In this document: in pieces, positions 9,147 to 17,501 of the stretch
How the letters are laid out: every line of letters starts with the position of its first letter
How positions within the stretch are numbered: position 1 is the first letter of the stretch
Assembly (NCBI GenBank): GCA_021786315.1
Contig: JAJYNN010000002.1
Location: forward strand, 462,997 to 526,996
Source: a bacterium
GTDB taxonomy: Bacteria > Patescibacteriota > Microgenomatia > Daviesbacterales > UBA10151
Direction of reading: 5' to 3'
DNA: 64,000 bases
Notes under the pieces: model-generated
What the model saw: the letters and a program-made list of their open reading frames with translations, nothing else
The model's database searches: none
What the model was told of the DNA's origin: nothing
Made by a program: the position numbers and the translations under genes

Positions 9147-9923
9147 TTAACTAAACCTGGAGACTGCAGCCTGGTGGGCTTGGTTTTCTAAAGTATCATC
9201 CAAAGGTTCAAGTTTGATCTCTTTTCCATATTTTACTTCCAGGGCTTTTTTCAGCAACCAATCAGCAAGTTTGGGGTTTTTAGGCAGGAGTGAGCCGTGC
9301 ATGTAGGTGCCAACAGCATTCTTGTGGATACAGCCTTCGCTTTTGTCTTCCCCATTATTCCCGTGTCCTTTAACAACTGTACCTAAAGGTTTTGCCCCAT
9401 CTTTAAGATAGGTTTTTCCGGAATGGTTCTCAAAGCCTACAAGTGAATTAGGAATTAAGAATTTGGAATTATGAATTTCTTCGTTTTGCATTCTGAATTC
9501 TGCACTCTGAATTCGGATAACTATATTCCCGATCATCCGGTCAAAGCTGGCTTTGGTATAGGCCGGGAATAACCCTACTCCCGGAAGTTTTGGGCCTTCA
9601 TGCGGCTGGTAATAATCCCCCAATAGCTGATACCCCCCACAAATAGCCAGTAGCGGCACTCCTCTTTCTGCCTCTTCTTTAATAACCTTACCCTTACCAC
9701 TTTGTCCCAGATCCTTGGCTACTAATTCTTGGGCCTGGTCCTGGCCTCCTCCGAAAAAGAAAATATCCACATCCCCTTTCTTGAGCTTATCTCCTACTGA
9801 AATATGCCTGATTTCTACTTCAATCCCCCTCCACTGGGCCCGTTTCGTAAGGGTAATAATATTCCCGGTATCACCATAGATGTTCATTAAATCTGAATAA
9901 AGATAACCAAGGGTAATTTTCAA
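9147..9923 (-). CDS. gatD: Lipid II isoglutaminyl synthase glutaminase subunit (CobQ/GatD family)
   Basis: NIYGDTGN, GGGQD, ICGGYQLLG, GFENHSG, TYMHGSLLPKNP; downstream of murT. Confidence 0.92.
   Translation of the reverse strand: MKITLGYLYSDLMNIYGDTGNIITLTKRAQWRGIEVEIRHISVGDKLKKGDVDIFFFGGGQDQAQELVAKDLGQSGKGKVIKEEAERGVPLLAICGGYQLLGDYYQPHEGPKLPGVGLFPAYTKASFDRMIGNIVIRIQSAEFRMQNEEIHNSKFLIPNSLVGFENHSGKTYLKDGAKPLGTVVKGHGNNGEDKSEGCIHKNAVGTYMHGSLLPKNPKLADWLLKKALEVKYGKEIKLEPLDDTLENQAHQAAVSRFS
9445..9514. repeat. Palindromic heptamer element in-frame in gatD
   Basis: Reverse complement closely matches 3959-4025; encodes IQSAEFRMQNEEIHNSKFLIPNS. Confidence 0.8.
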
Positions 9924-10001
9924 TTTTCAGTTTTTAATTTTCAATGAATTCTCAAATTCCAATTCTCAAACTTCGAAAATTGGTAGTTGGCACTTGAAAA
10001 T

Positions 10002-11291
10002 TTACTTTTCCTCCTTCCAGTAGTATTGCTTGATGCCGGATTTAGCTAAGATGGATTGCAGTTTTAGGAGGGCTGTATATGTAGGAAGGATGAATAAACG
10101 GCCTTCCAGACCCTTTACAGAGGCGTGAAAAGCCACTTGCAGGTCCTTTTCTGTCTCTAATGTTTTGGGGTCAAATCCGGCATATTTAAGTCTTAAGGCT
10201 AGATCCTCAGCCCTGATCCCCGAACAAATTATTCTTAAATCTATATTCCTAAATCCTAAATCTTCGAAGTTGGTATCCCAAATCCAGGAAACATCGGTCC
10301 CGTCAGCCAGGTTGTCATTTAAAGCTAAGAGTAACCTGTCCTCCGGTTTAATCTGGTCTTGGATTGTCCGGATAACCTGAGTGGCTCCTGTGGGGTTTTT
10401 AATTAAGAAAATATAGCCTTCCTTGTTATCTTTCAGGTTGAGTTTCTCCACCCTGCCAAAGGCTGGGGAAAAGGATTCCAGGCCACTTTTAATGTTTCCC
10501 AGGCTAACTCCCAGCTCAGAAGCTACAGCAAAAGCAGCCAAAAAGTCATAAATATGGTAGGTTCCGGGTAAAGGAAGCGTAAAATTTTGGTTTTTGACCT
10601 TAAATTTAGTTATATCTAATCCCTGAGGCTGGATATTGGTGGCTTCCAAATCAAGGTCATTCTTTTTTCTCAGTTGAGCTCTCTTTTCCCCGGCAATCTT
10701 ATAATCCGTTACCCCAAAAGTCTTAACTTCCCCTTTGAAGCTCTTTTGAAGCTCAAGCAGGTTTTCATCATCTCCATTTAAGAAGATTTTTACACTTGGA
10801 TTGACTTGGGAGAGAGTTTTCCCCCATTTTTTGACTATAGTATCCACTTCTCCGTACCTGTCCAGTTGATCCCGGAAAACGTTTAGAAAAACGATAATGT
10901 CGGGGTTAATCTTGGGGACAACAATATTGAAGGCAGCCTCATCCAATTCCCAAATGGCCAAATCGACAGAATTATGAATTATGAATTTAGAATTATGAAT
11001 CAAAGAAGACGCAATGCCTCTTTCTAAGTTAGAGCCAGTTTCGTTTCTGATAACCTTGATGCCTTGAGCCCCGGCAAACTGAGCCAGCATCCTTGAGGTG
11101 GTGGTTTTGCCGTTGGTGCCGGTAATGACCACGGTTTTTGGGATTTGCCTGCCTAGTTCCGCTACCAGGTTTGGGTAAAGCTTGAGGGCATAATAGCCTG
11201 GCGCAGCGGAACCGCCACCAATTTTTAAAACCTGGGTAGTTTTATGGATCGTTTTACCTAAAGTTATCGCTGCCGTCTTTTTAAGATTCAT
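10002..11291 (-). CDS. murT: Mur ligase MurT (C-terminal DUF1727)
   Basis: ITGTNGKTTT, NVFRDQLDRYGE, LIKNPTG, DGTDVSWIWD, PTYTALL. Confidence 0.92.
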   Translation of the reverse strand: MNLKKTAAITLGKTIHKTTQVLKIGGGSAAPGYYALKLYPNLVAELGRQIPKTVVITGTNGKTTTSRMLAQFAGAQGIKVIRNETGSNLERGIASSLIHNSKFIIHNSVDLAIWELDEAAFNIVVPKINPDIIVFLNVFRDQLDRYGEVDTIVKKWGKTLSQVNPSVKIFLNGDDENLLELQKSFKGEVKTFGVTDYKIAGEKRAQLRKKNDLDLEATNIQPQGLDITKFKVKNQNFTLPLPGTYHIYDFLAAFAVASELGVSLGNIKSGLESFSPAFGRVEKLNLKDNKEGYIFLIKNPTGATQVIRTIQDQIKPEDRLLLALNDNLADGTDVSWIWDTNFEDLGFRNIDLRIICSGIRAEDLALRLKYAGFDPKTLETEKDLQVAFHASVKGLEGRLFILPTYTALLKLQSILAKSGIKQYYWKEEK

Positions 11292-11320
11292 ACTTTAGGT
11301 AATTTTACCAATTTTGAGGT

Positions 11321-11914
11321 TTAGTAGTCGAGTTTTAAGGCCAAAACCCCGGATTGGCCGGCAATTTTGGGTTCGAGCTCGCGGGCATTCTCCACAGGGT
11401 TAGTTTGGGCATATTGACGCTCAAAACGGGAGATATCGTTTAGAAAGTAGTTTACATGAGTTCCCCAGGTATCTGAAGTTGAATAGATTGAATTGATGGA
11501 ATCGGGGTCGGTTAAGCCCTTATTTAAGTAATTTTGGCGCAAACCGGTAGCCACGGTATTGATACCGTCATCCCAGGAATCGAAGTAAATAGCTTGGTTT
11601 CCGTAAACACCCCATCCCCAGGCGTTGTAGCCTCCGGGGATGAATTTACCAAAGGTGGATTCCACACCGGCGATAGCCGGAAGCAGCTTCCAGTCAAGGT
11701 TGTTTTTGTCCGCAGCATCAATAAAGCTTTGGGCTTGGTATTGCATTGGAGAATCGTATTTAGCCAGGTAAGCTTGCAGGATTTCTGCACGTTTATCCAC
11801 AGGTTTAGCTTCAACATGGGCATAGGCCAAAACCGGCTTTTCCTGCTGAGTGGCGGGCATGGTGGAAAGAAATGGAATTATTAAAGCAAGGGCAAACAAT
11901 TTTTTGCTTAACAT
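11321..11914 (-). CDS. Secreted glucosaminidase/lysozyme-like protein
   Basis: Signal peptide; LLPAIAGVESTFGK...YNAWGWG motif. Confidence 0.75.
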   Translation of the reverse strand: MLSKKLFALALIIPFLSTMPATQQEKPVLAYAHVEAKPVDKRAEILQAYLAKYDSPMQYQAQSFIDAADKNNLDWKLLPAIAGVESTFGKFIPGGYNAWGWGVYGNQAIYFDSWDDGINTVATGLRQNYLNKGLTDPDSINSIYSTSDTWGTHVNYFLNDISRFERQYAQTNPVENARELEPKIAGQSGVLALKLDY

Positions 11915-12106
11915 ATATTTCCCCTAGACCAAAAAATATCCTGGAATATGAGGGGACATACTCCAGGACGTGCAATATTATAAACTATAAGCTAATAAAA
12001 ATCAAATTATGTAGCTTACAGTTTGCGAGTCTTCGTGCCGAATCCTCTTAGGTTATCTAACTCTAAAAGTCAAATTAGAAAGATTACAAAAAGAGTATTT
12101 TTGAGG

Positions 12107-12754
12107 CTACATGAGCTCTTCCATGAATGAGGATACGCCAATGGCCCAGGCTCCTCCCTTTTGCAGTGATGGTGGTGTGTATTTGGGCATAATTTCTTCC
12201 GGGGTTTGCAGGCCCTGGTCGATATAATCTTTCTTCAGGCCTTGGGCTACCCTTTCAATTGCGCTTTCAAAGCTGTCAAACCTCATGACTTTACCTCCGT
12301 AAATCCCGTAGCCGAAGGGGTTGTAGGATTCATGAGGAAGAATTTTGCCTCCGTTAGACTCCTGCATCGCTATGGCAGGAAGCAGACGGTAATCCAGACC
12401 ATAGCGATCAGCAGTTGCAACGAAAGTTTCCCCAAGGCCATAAAGTGGGGATTTGCGGGATTTTAAGTAGTTGTCAATAATTAAGGCCCGGGCATCTCCT
12501 TTACCGATAGTGACTCCGAGAGTATTGTCGTCAATGTTTGCCGGGAGGGCCCGGTAAACTTGGTATGTAGTTCCCCTCGGTGTACCCATATATTGGGGGA
12601 AAGAAAGGTAAACCAGGAAAATTAAGGCAAAAGTGAGGGTGGCAACAGCTGCTAAATACCAGCTGCATGCTAAACCCATATTGGATAGCAAGAATTTCCG
12701 TCCAGTGTCCATCTGCTGGTTATCTAGATTAATGACTTGCCCATTCTTTGTCAA
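12107..12754 (-). CDS. Membrane-anchored glucosaminidase/lysozyme-like protein (paralog of 11321-11914)
   Basis: LLPAIAMQESNGGK...YNPFGYG; N-terminal TM; start uncertain. Confidence 0.75.
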   Translation of the reverse strand: MTKNGQVINLDNQQMDTGRKFLLSNMGLACSWYLAAVATLTFALIFLVYLSFPQYMGTPRGTTYQVYRALPANIDDNTLGVTIGKGDARALIIDNYLKSRKSPLYGLGETFVATADRYGLDYRLLPAIAMQESNGGKILPHESYNPFGYGIYGGKVMRFDSFESAIERVAQGLKKDYIDQGLQTPEEIMPKYTPPSLQKGGAWAIGVSSFMEELM

Positions 12755-12811
12755 GGAATGCTAAAGATATCAGAATAAATCACTTGTAGAGGGGTTGAGC
12801 TTGAAGATTTT

Positions 12812-12941
12812 TGGAGCGGGAGACGGGATGATCACTCCTCGCTGCGTTCGGAGTTGAACCTACTTAGCTCTGCGAGATGCGTATATTCCAAATGCGGGTC
12901 TTACTCACAAAAAATCAGCCACAAGGGCCGACATTTTTATG
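12812..12941 (-). repeat. Duplicated 3' end of tRNA-Gly(GCC) with CCA (12812-12829), separated from the gene by a ~110-bp structured insert
   Basis: ATCCCGTCTCCCGCTC is present twice; only the distal copy has CCA. Confidence 0.85.
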
Positions 12942-13013
12942 AGCGGGAGACGGGATTCGAACCCGCGACATCCTCGTTGGCAACGAGGCACTCTACCACT
13001 GAGTTACTCCCGC
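12942..13013 (-). tRNA. tRNA-Gly(GCC)
   Basis: Cloverleaf; loop TT-GCC-AA. Confidence 0.95.
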
Positions 13014-13079
13014 GAACGTTAGTGAGCGGTGAGCACTTCCGCAGCCAATTTTTGGTTGGCGAGGAGTACTCCCACATTT

Positions 13080-13181
13080 TGGTGCCGCAGCCTGGAATAG
13101 GGCTACTCGCTAAAGCGAGATCCTGTTCCTGTCTGCTTCAAAATTTGTCTTTGCTGACACAAGGTCAGCACGACAAACTTG
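13080..13181 (-). repeat. Duplicated 3' end of tRNA-Phe with CCA (13080-13098) plus TAGGGCTAC-hairpin-GATCCTG element (13098-13125)
   Basis: ATTCCAGGCTGCGGCAC is duplicated; motif abuts the distal copy. Confidence 0.85.
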
Positions 13182-13254
13182 TGCCGCAGCCTGGAATCGA
13201 ACCCGGATAAGACGCTCTTCAGGCGCCCGCCTTGACCAACTTGGCTACTGCGGC
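13182..13254 (-). tRNA. tRNA-Phe(GAA)
   Basis: Cloverleaf; loop CT-GAA-GA. Confidence 0.93.
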
Positions 13255-13362
13255 TAGTCTACTAGACGCCAGCAAACGAGGTGTTAAACTTTGTAAACAC
13301 CGAGTTTACTGCGACGATCAAAACTAACCAATTTTATCTAATTAACCTCTGTTATGCAATTG

Positions 13363-13435
13363 TGGGCACTAAGGGACTCGAACCCCTGACATCTACAGTG
13401 TAAATGTAGCGCTCTACCAACTGAGCTAAGTGCCC
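13363..13435 (-). tRNA. tRNA-Val(TAC)
   Basis: Cloverleaf; loop TT-TAC-AC. Confidence 0.95.
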
Positions 13436-13498
13436 TCGCTTTGCTCGGTCACTTGCGATAGTTCCGCTACGCGTGTAACTATCTAAAGTGCCTATTTG

Positions 13499-13582
<84 letters not shown>

Positions 13583-13593
13583 TTGGTTGCTTG

Positions 13594-13676
13594 TGCCGAG
13601 GACAGGACTTGAACCTGCACGCCTTTTGGGCACTACCACCTCAAGGTAGCGTGTATACCAGTTTCACCACCTCGGC
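13594..13676 (-). tRNA. tRNA-Leu(GAG)
   Basis: Cloverleaf with long variable arm; loop TT-GAG-GT. Confidence 0.95.
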
Positions 13677-13725
13677 AAGCCTGGATATTGTATCAAAAAT
13701 CACGTTCTATACCAAGTAAGATATG

Positions 13726-14607
13726 CTAGGAAAGTTTTTTGAGGTATTCTTTGAAGTCTTCCCCAAATTCCGGGTGTTTTAAGCCATATTCCACCACCGT
13801 TTTTAAGTATTCCAGCTTATTGCCTGTGTCGCGGTAAACTGCATTTTTGATTTCAATTGCGTGGACAGGCTTGCCCTGGTCAATCATGCCCTGAAGGCCC
13901 ATAAGGTAAACCAACTCTTCCCCCTCTTTAAGGTTGGGTTCGGCAGCTTCCAGGTGCTCAAAGATATCCGGAGTGGCCAAAAACCCGCTTACCACCGCTA
14001 AATCCGAAGGGGAATTTTCTCTTGTCTTGGGTTTTTCAACAACCTTACTGACCTTAATTACCCCCGGTTCGACAACTTCTCCTCCGGCAAACCCATACTT
14101 TTTATAATCCTCATCTGATTTGGCTCGGAGTGCGCCCAAGATAGGAGAATTGTATTTTTCATATGCCTCGATAAGTTGTTTGGCCCTTGAAGGCTCGGCA
14201 TCAATAAAGTCATCTCCCCAAAAGACCAAGAACGGGTCATTATCCATGATCTGTTTGGCATTTAAGATAGGGGTAGCATTTCCTTGGGGACCCTTTTGGC
14301 GGATGTAGATAAATTCCGCCATGTCGGAGATTTTTTTAACCGTTTCCAGCTCTTCCAGCTTACCTGCTTTAGCGAGTTTATCTTCCAGCTCATACTGGTT
14401 ATCAAAATGGTCCTCAATGGCTCTCTTGTAGAGCCCGGTGACAATGACAATGGTTTCAATTCCGGCATCAACAAGCTCCTCCACTACCCTTTGGATAATG
14501 GGTTTATCCACCAAAGGCATCATTTCCTTGGGCATGGCTTTTGTTTGGGGCAAGAAGCGGGTGCCAAAGCCTGCTGCAGGTATTAAAGCTTTTTTAATTT
14601 TTGACAT
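13726..14607 (-). CDS. galU: UTP-glucose-1-phosphate uridylyltransferase
   Basis: KALIPAAGFGTRFLPQTKAMPKEM, VEKP, DTGNKLEYLK. Confidence 0.93.
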   Translation of the reverse strand: MSKIKKALIPAAGFGTRFLPQTKAMPKEMMPLVDKPIIQRVVEELVDAGIETIVIVTGLYKRAIEDHFDNQYELEDKLAKAGKLEELETVKKISDMAEFIYIRQKGPQGNATPILNAKQIMDNDPFLVFWGDDFIDAEPSRAKQLIEAYEKYNSPILGALRAKSDEDYKKYGFAGGEVVEPGVIKVSKVVEKPKTRENSPSDLAVVSGFLATPDIFEHLEAAEPNLKEGEELVYLMGLQGMIDQGKPVHAIEIKNAVYRDTGNKLEYLKTVVEYGLKHPEFGEDFKEYLKKLS

Positions 14608-14698
14608 ACTTTTTGAGTTCTCCTATGAAAACCCTCCGGTTTCCCAGAGGGTTTTGAAAAAATAATTTCTTCAAACCAAAAATTATATTACCAAATTA

Positions 14699-14745
14699 TT
14701 TGCCAAAGGCAAACAAGATCTTTGACGTAAGTCAAAGTAGACTTA
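14699..14745 (+). repeat. Solo copy of the tRNA-associated hairpin element
   Basis: tttgcc-aaa-ggcaaa CAAGATC tttgac-gtaa-gtcaaa GTAGACTTA; matches 15601-15646 (reverse complement) and 49281-49315. Confidence 0.7.
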
Positions 14746-14943
14746 CTTCTTTTTTGAACCACCCCATTTTTCCCAAGCTACCAAAAGTCCGGCCAAACCA
14801 ACCAGCAAATAAACAACCTTTTCTAACATAGAGCCAGTTCCAAAAACGCTGCTTACCAAATTAAGGCCCATAAGACCTACCAAGCCTGTGTTCAAAGCGC
14901 CGATAACCACAAGAGGTAAAGTAACAGATCTAAATGACTTCAA
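14743..14943 (-). CDS. DUF378-family small membrane protein
   Basis: LVVIGALNTGLVGL...VYLLVGLAG; TTG start at 14943 after a purine-rich SD. Confidence 0.85.
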   Translation of the reverse strand: MKSFRSVTLPLVVIGALNTGLVGLMGLNLVSSVFGTGSMLEKVVYLLVGLAGLLVAWEKWGGSKKK

Positions 14944-15150
14944 CTTTATCACCCCCTCTCTGATTAAGTATATATCCAGTATTAGATAGATTTTTTCAGT
15001 TGTCAAATTTGGCTTTGAAAATGGTTCAGGGGTCAAAACTTGGATAGCCGGGAGTTAATTTTGAGGGGAAAACGGTAATTTGGTATTCTCCATCATCCGC
15101 TAGCAGGATGAAAGAGAATTTATTTTAGCAACAAGGTGGTATTCTCATAA

Positions 15151-15534
15151 CTACCTCCTTTCATTGAATATTTCGCTAAAGTTATTTTTTATAAAAGCCA
15201 ACTCCGCTTTAAACTTTTTAAGCTGCTCTATTCTTTGGTCGATAGATAAAATATAGTCGGGCAGTTTGCTTTCTGCATACTCTTTGGCAGCATTACAGTC
15301 TTTGTCTGTGCATTTTTCAATCAGTCTCTTTATATCTACCAGCGGAATATCCAAGGCCCTGAGTGCTTTTATTAAACGTAATTGTCTGATATCTTCGTTC
15401 AGGAAAATTCTGTATTTATTGTCTGCCCTTTGCAGGGGTTTAAAAATCCCTTTTTCCTCATAAAACCTGATTGTCTTTGCGGACATTCCCACTATTTTTG
15501 AAACCTGCCCAATAGTAAATTGTTTATCATTCAT
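15151..15534 (-). CDS. MerR-family transcriptional regulator
   Basis: FTIGQVSK...TIRFYEEKG...YRIF HTH. Confidence 0.93.
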   Translation of the reverse strand: MNDKQFTIGQVSKIVGMSAKTIRFYEEKGIFKPLQRADNKYRIFLNEDIRQLRLIKALRALDIPLVDIKRLIEKCTDKDCNAAKEYAESKLPDYILSIDQRIEQLKKFKAELAFIKNNFSEIFNERR

Positions 15535-15540
15535 AATTGG

Positions 15541-15571
15541 AGATTACACCTTCCACTAACTGGAATGTCAA
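15541..15571 (-). promoter_or_regulatory. MerR-type promoter/operator upstream of the MerR gene
   Basis: TTGACA-19 nt-TAATCT with dyad TTCCA-gttag-TGGAA in the spacer (CueR/GolS-like). Confidence 0.8.
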
Positions 15572-15584
15572 GAGGTAAAATAGT

Positions 15585-15740
15585 GCTGTGGGACATGGAT
15601 TAGGGCTACTTTGACTTCGTCAAAGATCCTGTCAAGCTTCGCTTGATCGAACCCGCTTCCTTGTGCCAAGAGCGCGGATTCTCGGTTCAAAAGCACCAAA
15701 TACCAAAAATCCAGCCACAAAAGGACTGGATTTTTGCTAG
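15585..15740 (-). repeat. Duplicated 3' end of tRNA-Gln (15585-15601) plus TAGGGCTAC-hairpin-GATCCTG element (15601-15631)
   Basis: 17-nt duplicate with one mismatch; motif shared with the Phe and Arg loci. Confidence 0.85.
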
Positions 15741-15811
15741 CTGCGGGACATGGATTCGAACCATGATAGACGGATCCAAAGTCCGTCGTCCTACCATTAG
15801 ACGATCCCGCA
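15741..15811 (-). tRNA. tRNA-Gln(TTG)
   Basis: Cloverleaf; loop CT-TTG-GA. Confidence 0.95.
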
Positions 15812-15927
15812 ATATGGATTTCTAACCATGAAATTATATCTAATTGGTGAGGAATCATCAACCGGAGATGCTTTGAAAACTCCCTCCTCCTTGTTGACAG
15901 GTAATTAGATATTGTTAAGATGCTTCC

Positions 15928-16353
15928 ATGGAGGTCGACCGTTCAAAAGAAGTTCAGCTAGGTTTGACAAGGGCTGTTGTTATAGCGCTGCCCAGCTTAC
16001 CAATGTCAGAACACAGACTGGGAAGTACTCTAGTCAAAGCAGTCAATTACTTCGGCAGAACTGTCGATGGAGATACACCTGTAAAAGATCTTTGTTTGCC
16101 ATCCTGGCACCATTTTCATTCTTTGGAGGAATGGGAATCACCTCTTTATCCCCTAGCCATACAGCTTCCAGAGAGACTTGTAACTTCCTGGAATCAGGGA
16201 ATAACTATATTGGTAGTCAGATTTTTACGGACAGGATCTCAGGATGCATTTCTCCTGGATGATCTTCGGGCCAGAAGGGACTTAATACGGGGGGTGACCA
16301 GGGAATATCAAAAGTCTGCTTTAGTCAGAGCTGCTTTTCGTATTGGTTACTAA
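15928..16353 (+). CDS. Hypothetical protein
   Basis: 141-aa ORF downstream of a TTGACA promoter-like site. Confidence 0.55.
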   Translation: MEVDRSKEVQLGLTRAVVIALPSLPMSEHRLGSTLVKAVNYFGRTVDGDTPVKDLCLPSWHHFHSLEEWESPLYPLAIQLPERLVTSWNQGITILVVRFLRTGSQDAFLLDDLRARRDLIRGVTREYQKSALVRAAFRIGY

Positions 16354-16408
16354 AAGTAAGGGAAATTATTTTTTCAAGAAATATCTTGTGATACTATTTT
16401 CTTATTAC

Positions 16409-16747
16409 ATGGTTAAGAAAAGAGTTAGGGGTGGCTTATCTTTCTTCTTTTTTGTCCTCATAGTTGGACTTATTTTAGCAGCCTTTAATATTGCTGCTGG
16501 CATTGGTTTTTCACTACGAATACCTGTTGTTGACCAAAATTTAATGGCTGGGGTGGCAATTGGGAAAAAAGAAGCGGTTTTGGATACATTTCCGGGCTAC
16601 CTTCGAAGGAATTTAGCTCAAAATAACACCTTTTTTAACCAAAGCAATACCATAACCATTTGGCTCGCTGAAGGAGCTTATATTATTATTTTCGGCCAGC
16701 AGCCTAATGCCCCTCTGGCTGACCTTCAGGCTAAACTTCTCCGCTAA
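16409..16747 (+). CDS. Hypothetical membrane protein
   Basis: N-terminal TM after MVKKRVR. Confidence 0.65.
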   Translation: MVKKRVRGGLSFFFFVLIVGLILAAFNIAAGIGFSLRIPVVDQNLMAGVAIGKKEAVLDTFPGYLRRNLAQNNTFFNQSNTITIWLAEGAYIIIFGQQPNAPLADLQAKLLR

Positions 16748-16778
16748 TTTTTACCTAATCTGGTATCATATTAAGGAT

Positions 16779-17501
16779 ATGACAGTCCTTTTTACCTTCT
16801 TTGCCTTTGTCTCCACCTTTTTGGGCGGTTTGGTGGGGATAAAATACAAAGATAAACTACACCTTATATTGGGCTTTACTGCGGGTGTCCTACTAGCAGT
16901 TGTGTCTTTTGATATTTTCCCGGAACTGGTGGACCTTATCCGAAAAACTGGGATGGATTCCCTTTATCCGATGATTGCCTTGGTGGGGGCTTTTATGCTC
17001 TTTCACATCCTGGAGAAAGTGCTTTTATTGCATCATTCCCATGAGGATACATATGGTGACCATAAACATCCGCATGTCGGGCTGGTTTCTGCCCTGGCTT
17101 TATCTGGCCATTCGTTTCTGGATGGTGTAGGAATCGGTTTGGGGTTTCAGGTTTCTTCCCTTGCCGGGTTCTTAATTGCTTTGGCGGTTATTGCCCACGA
17201 TTTTTCCGACGGATTAAATACCGTCTCCTTAATGCTGATGCACAAAAACACTTCCAAAAGGGCAATTATTCTACTTTTTGTAGATGCTTCGGCGCCGATT
17301 TTAGGAGGCCTCTCCACCTTACTCTTTAAGGTTCCGGAGAATTTCCTGGTTTTATATTTAGGGTTTTTTGCCGGATTTTTACTTTATATCGGGGCTTCTG
17401 ATATTTTGCCCGAAGCCCACAGTCGGCATTCCTCATATAAAACTATCCTGATGACTCTTCTGGGGGTGGCCTTAATTTTTGTGGTAACCAGATTTACTTA
17501 G
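16779..17501 (+). CDS. ZIP-family divalent metal transporter
   Basis: HSFLDGVGIG, IAHDFSDG, DILPEAH motifs; His-rich loop. Confidence 0.92.
   Translation: MTVLFTFFAFVSTFLGGLVGIKYKDKLHLILGFTAGVLLAVVSFDIFPELVDLIRKTGMDSLYPMIALVGAFMLFHILEKVLLLHHSHEDTYGDHKHPHVGLVSALALSGHSFLDGVGIGLGFQVSSLAGFLIALAVIAHDFSDGLNTVSLMLMHKNTSKRAIILLFVDASAPILGGLSTLLFKVPENFLVLYLGFFAGFLLYIGASDILPEAHSRHSSYKTILMTLLGVALIFVVTRFT

Noticed and set aside
11915-12106. c-di-AMP or other riboswitch upstream of the cell-wall hydrolase
   Set aside because: A promoter and one hairpin (11939-11968) are present, but I could not find conserved riboswitch core motifs.
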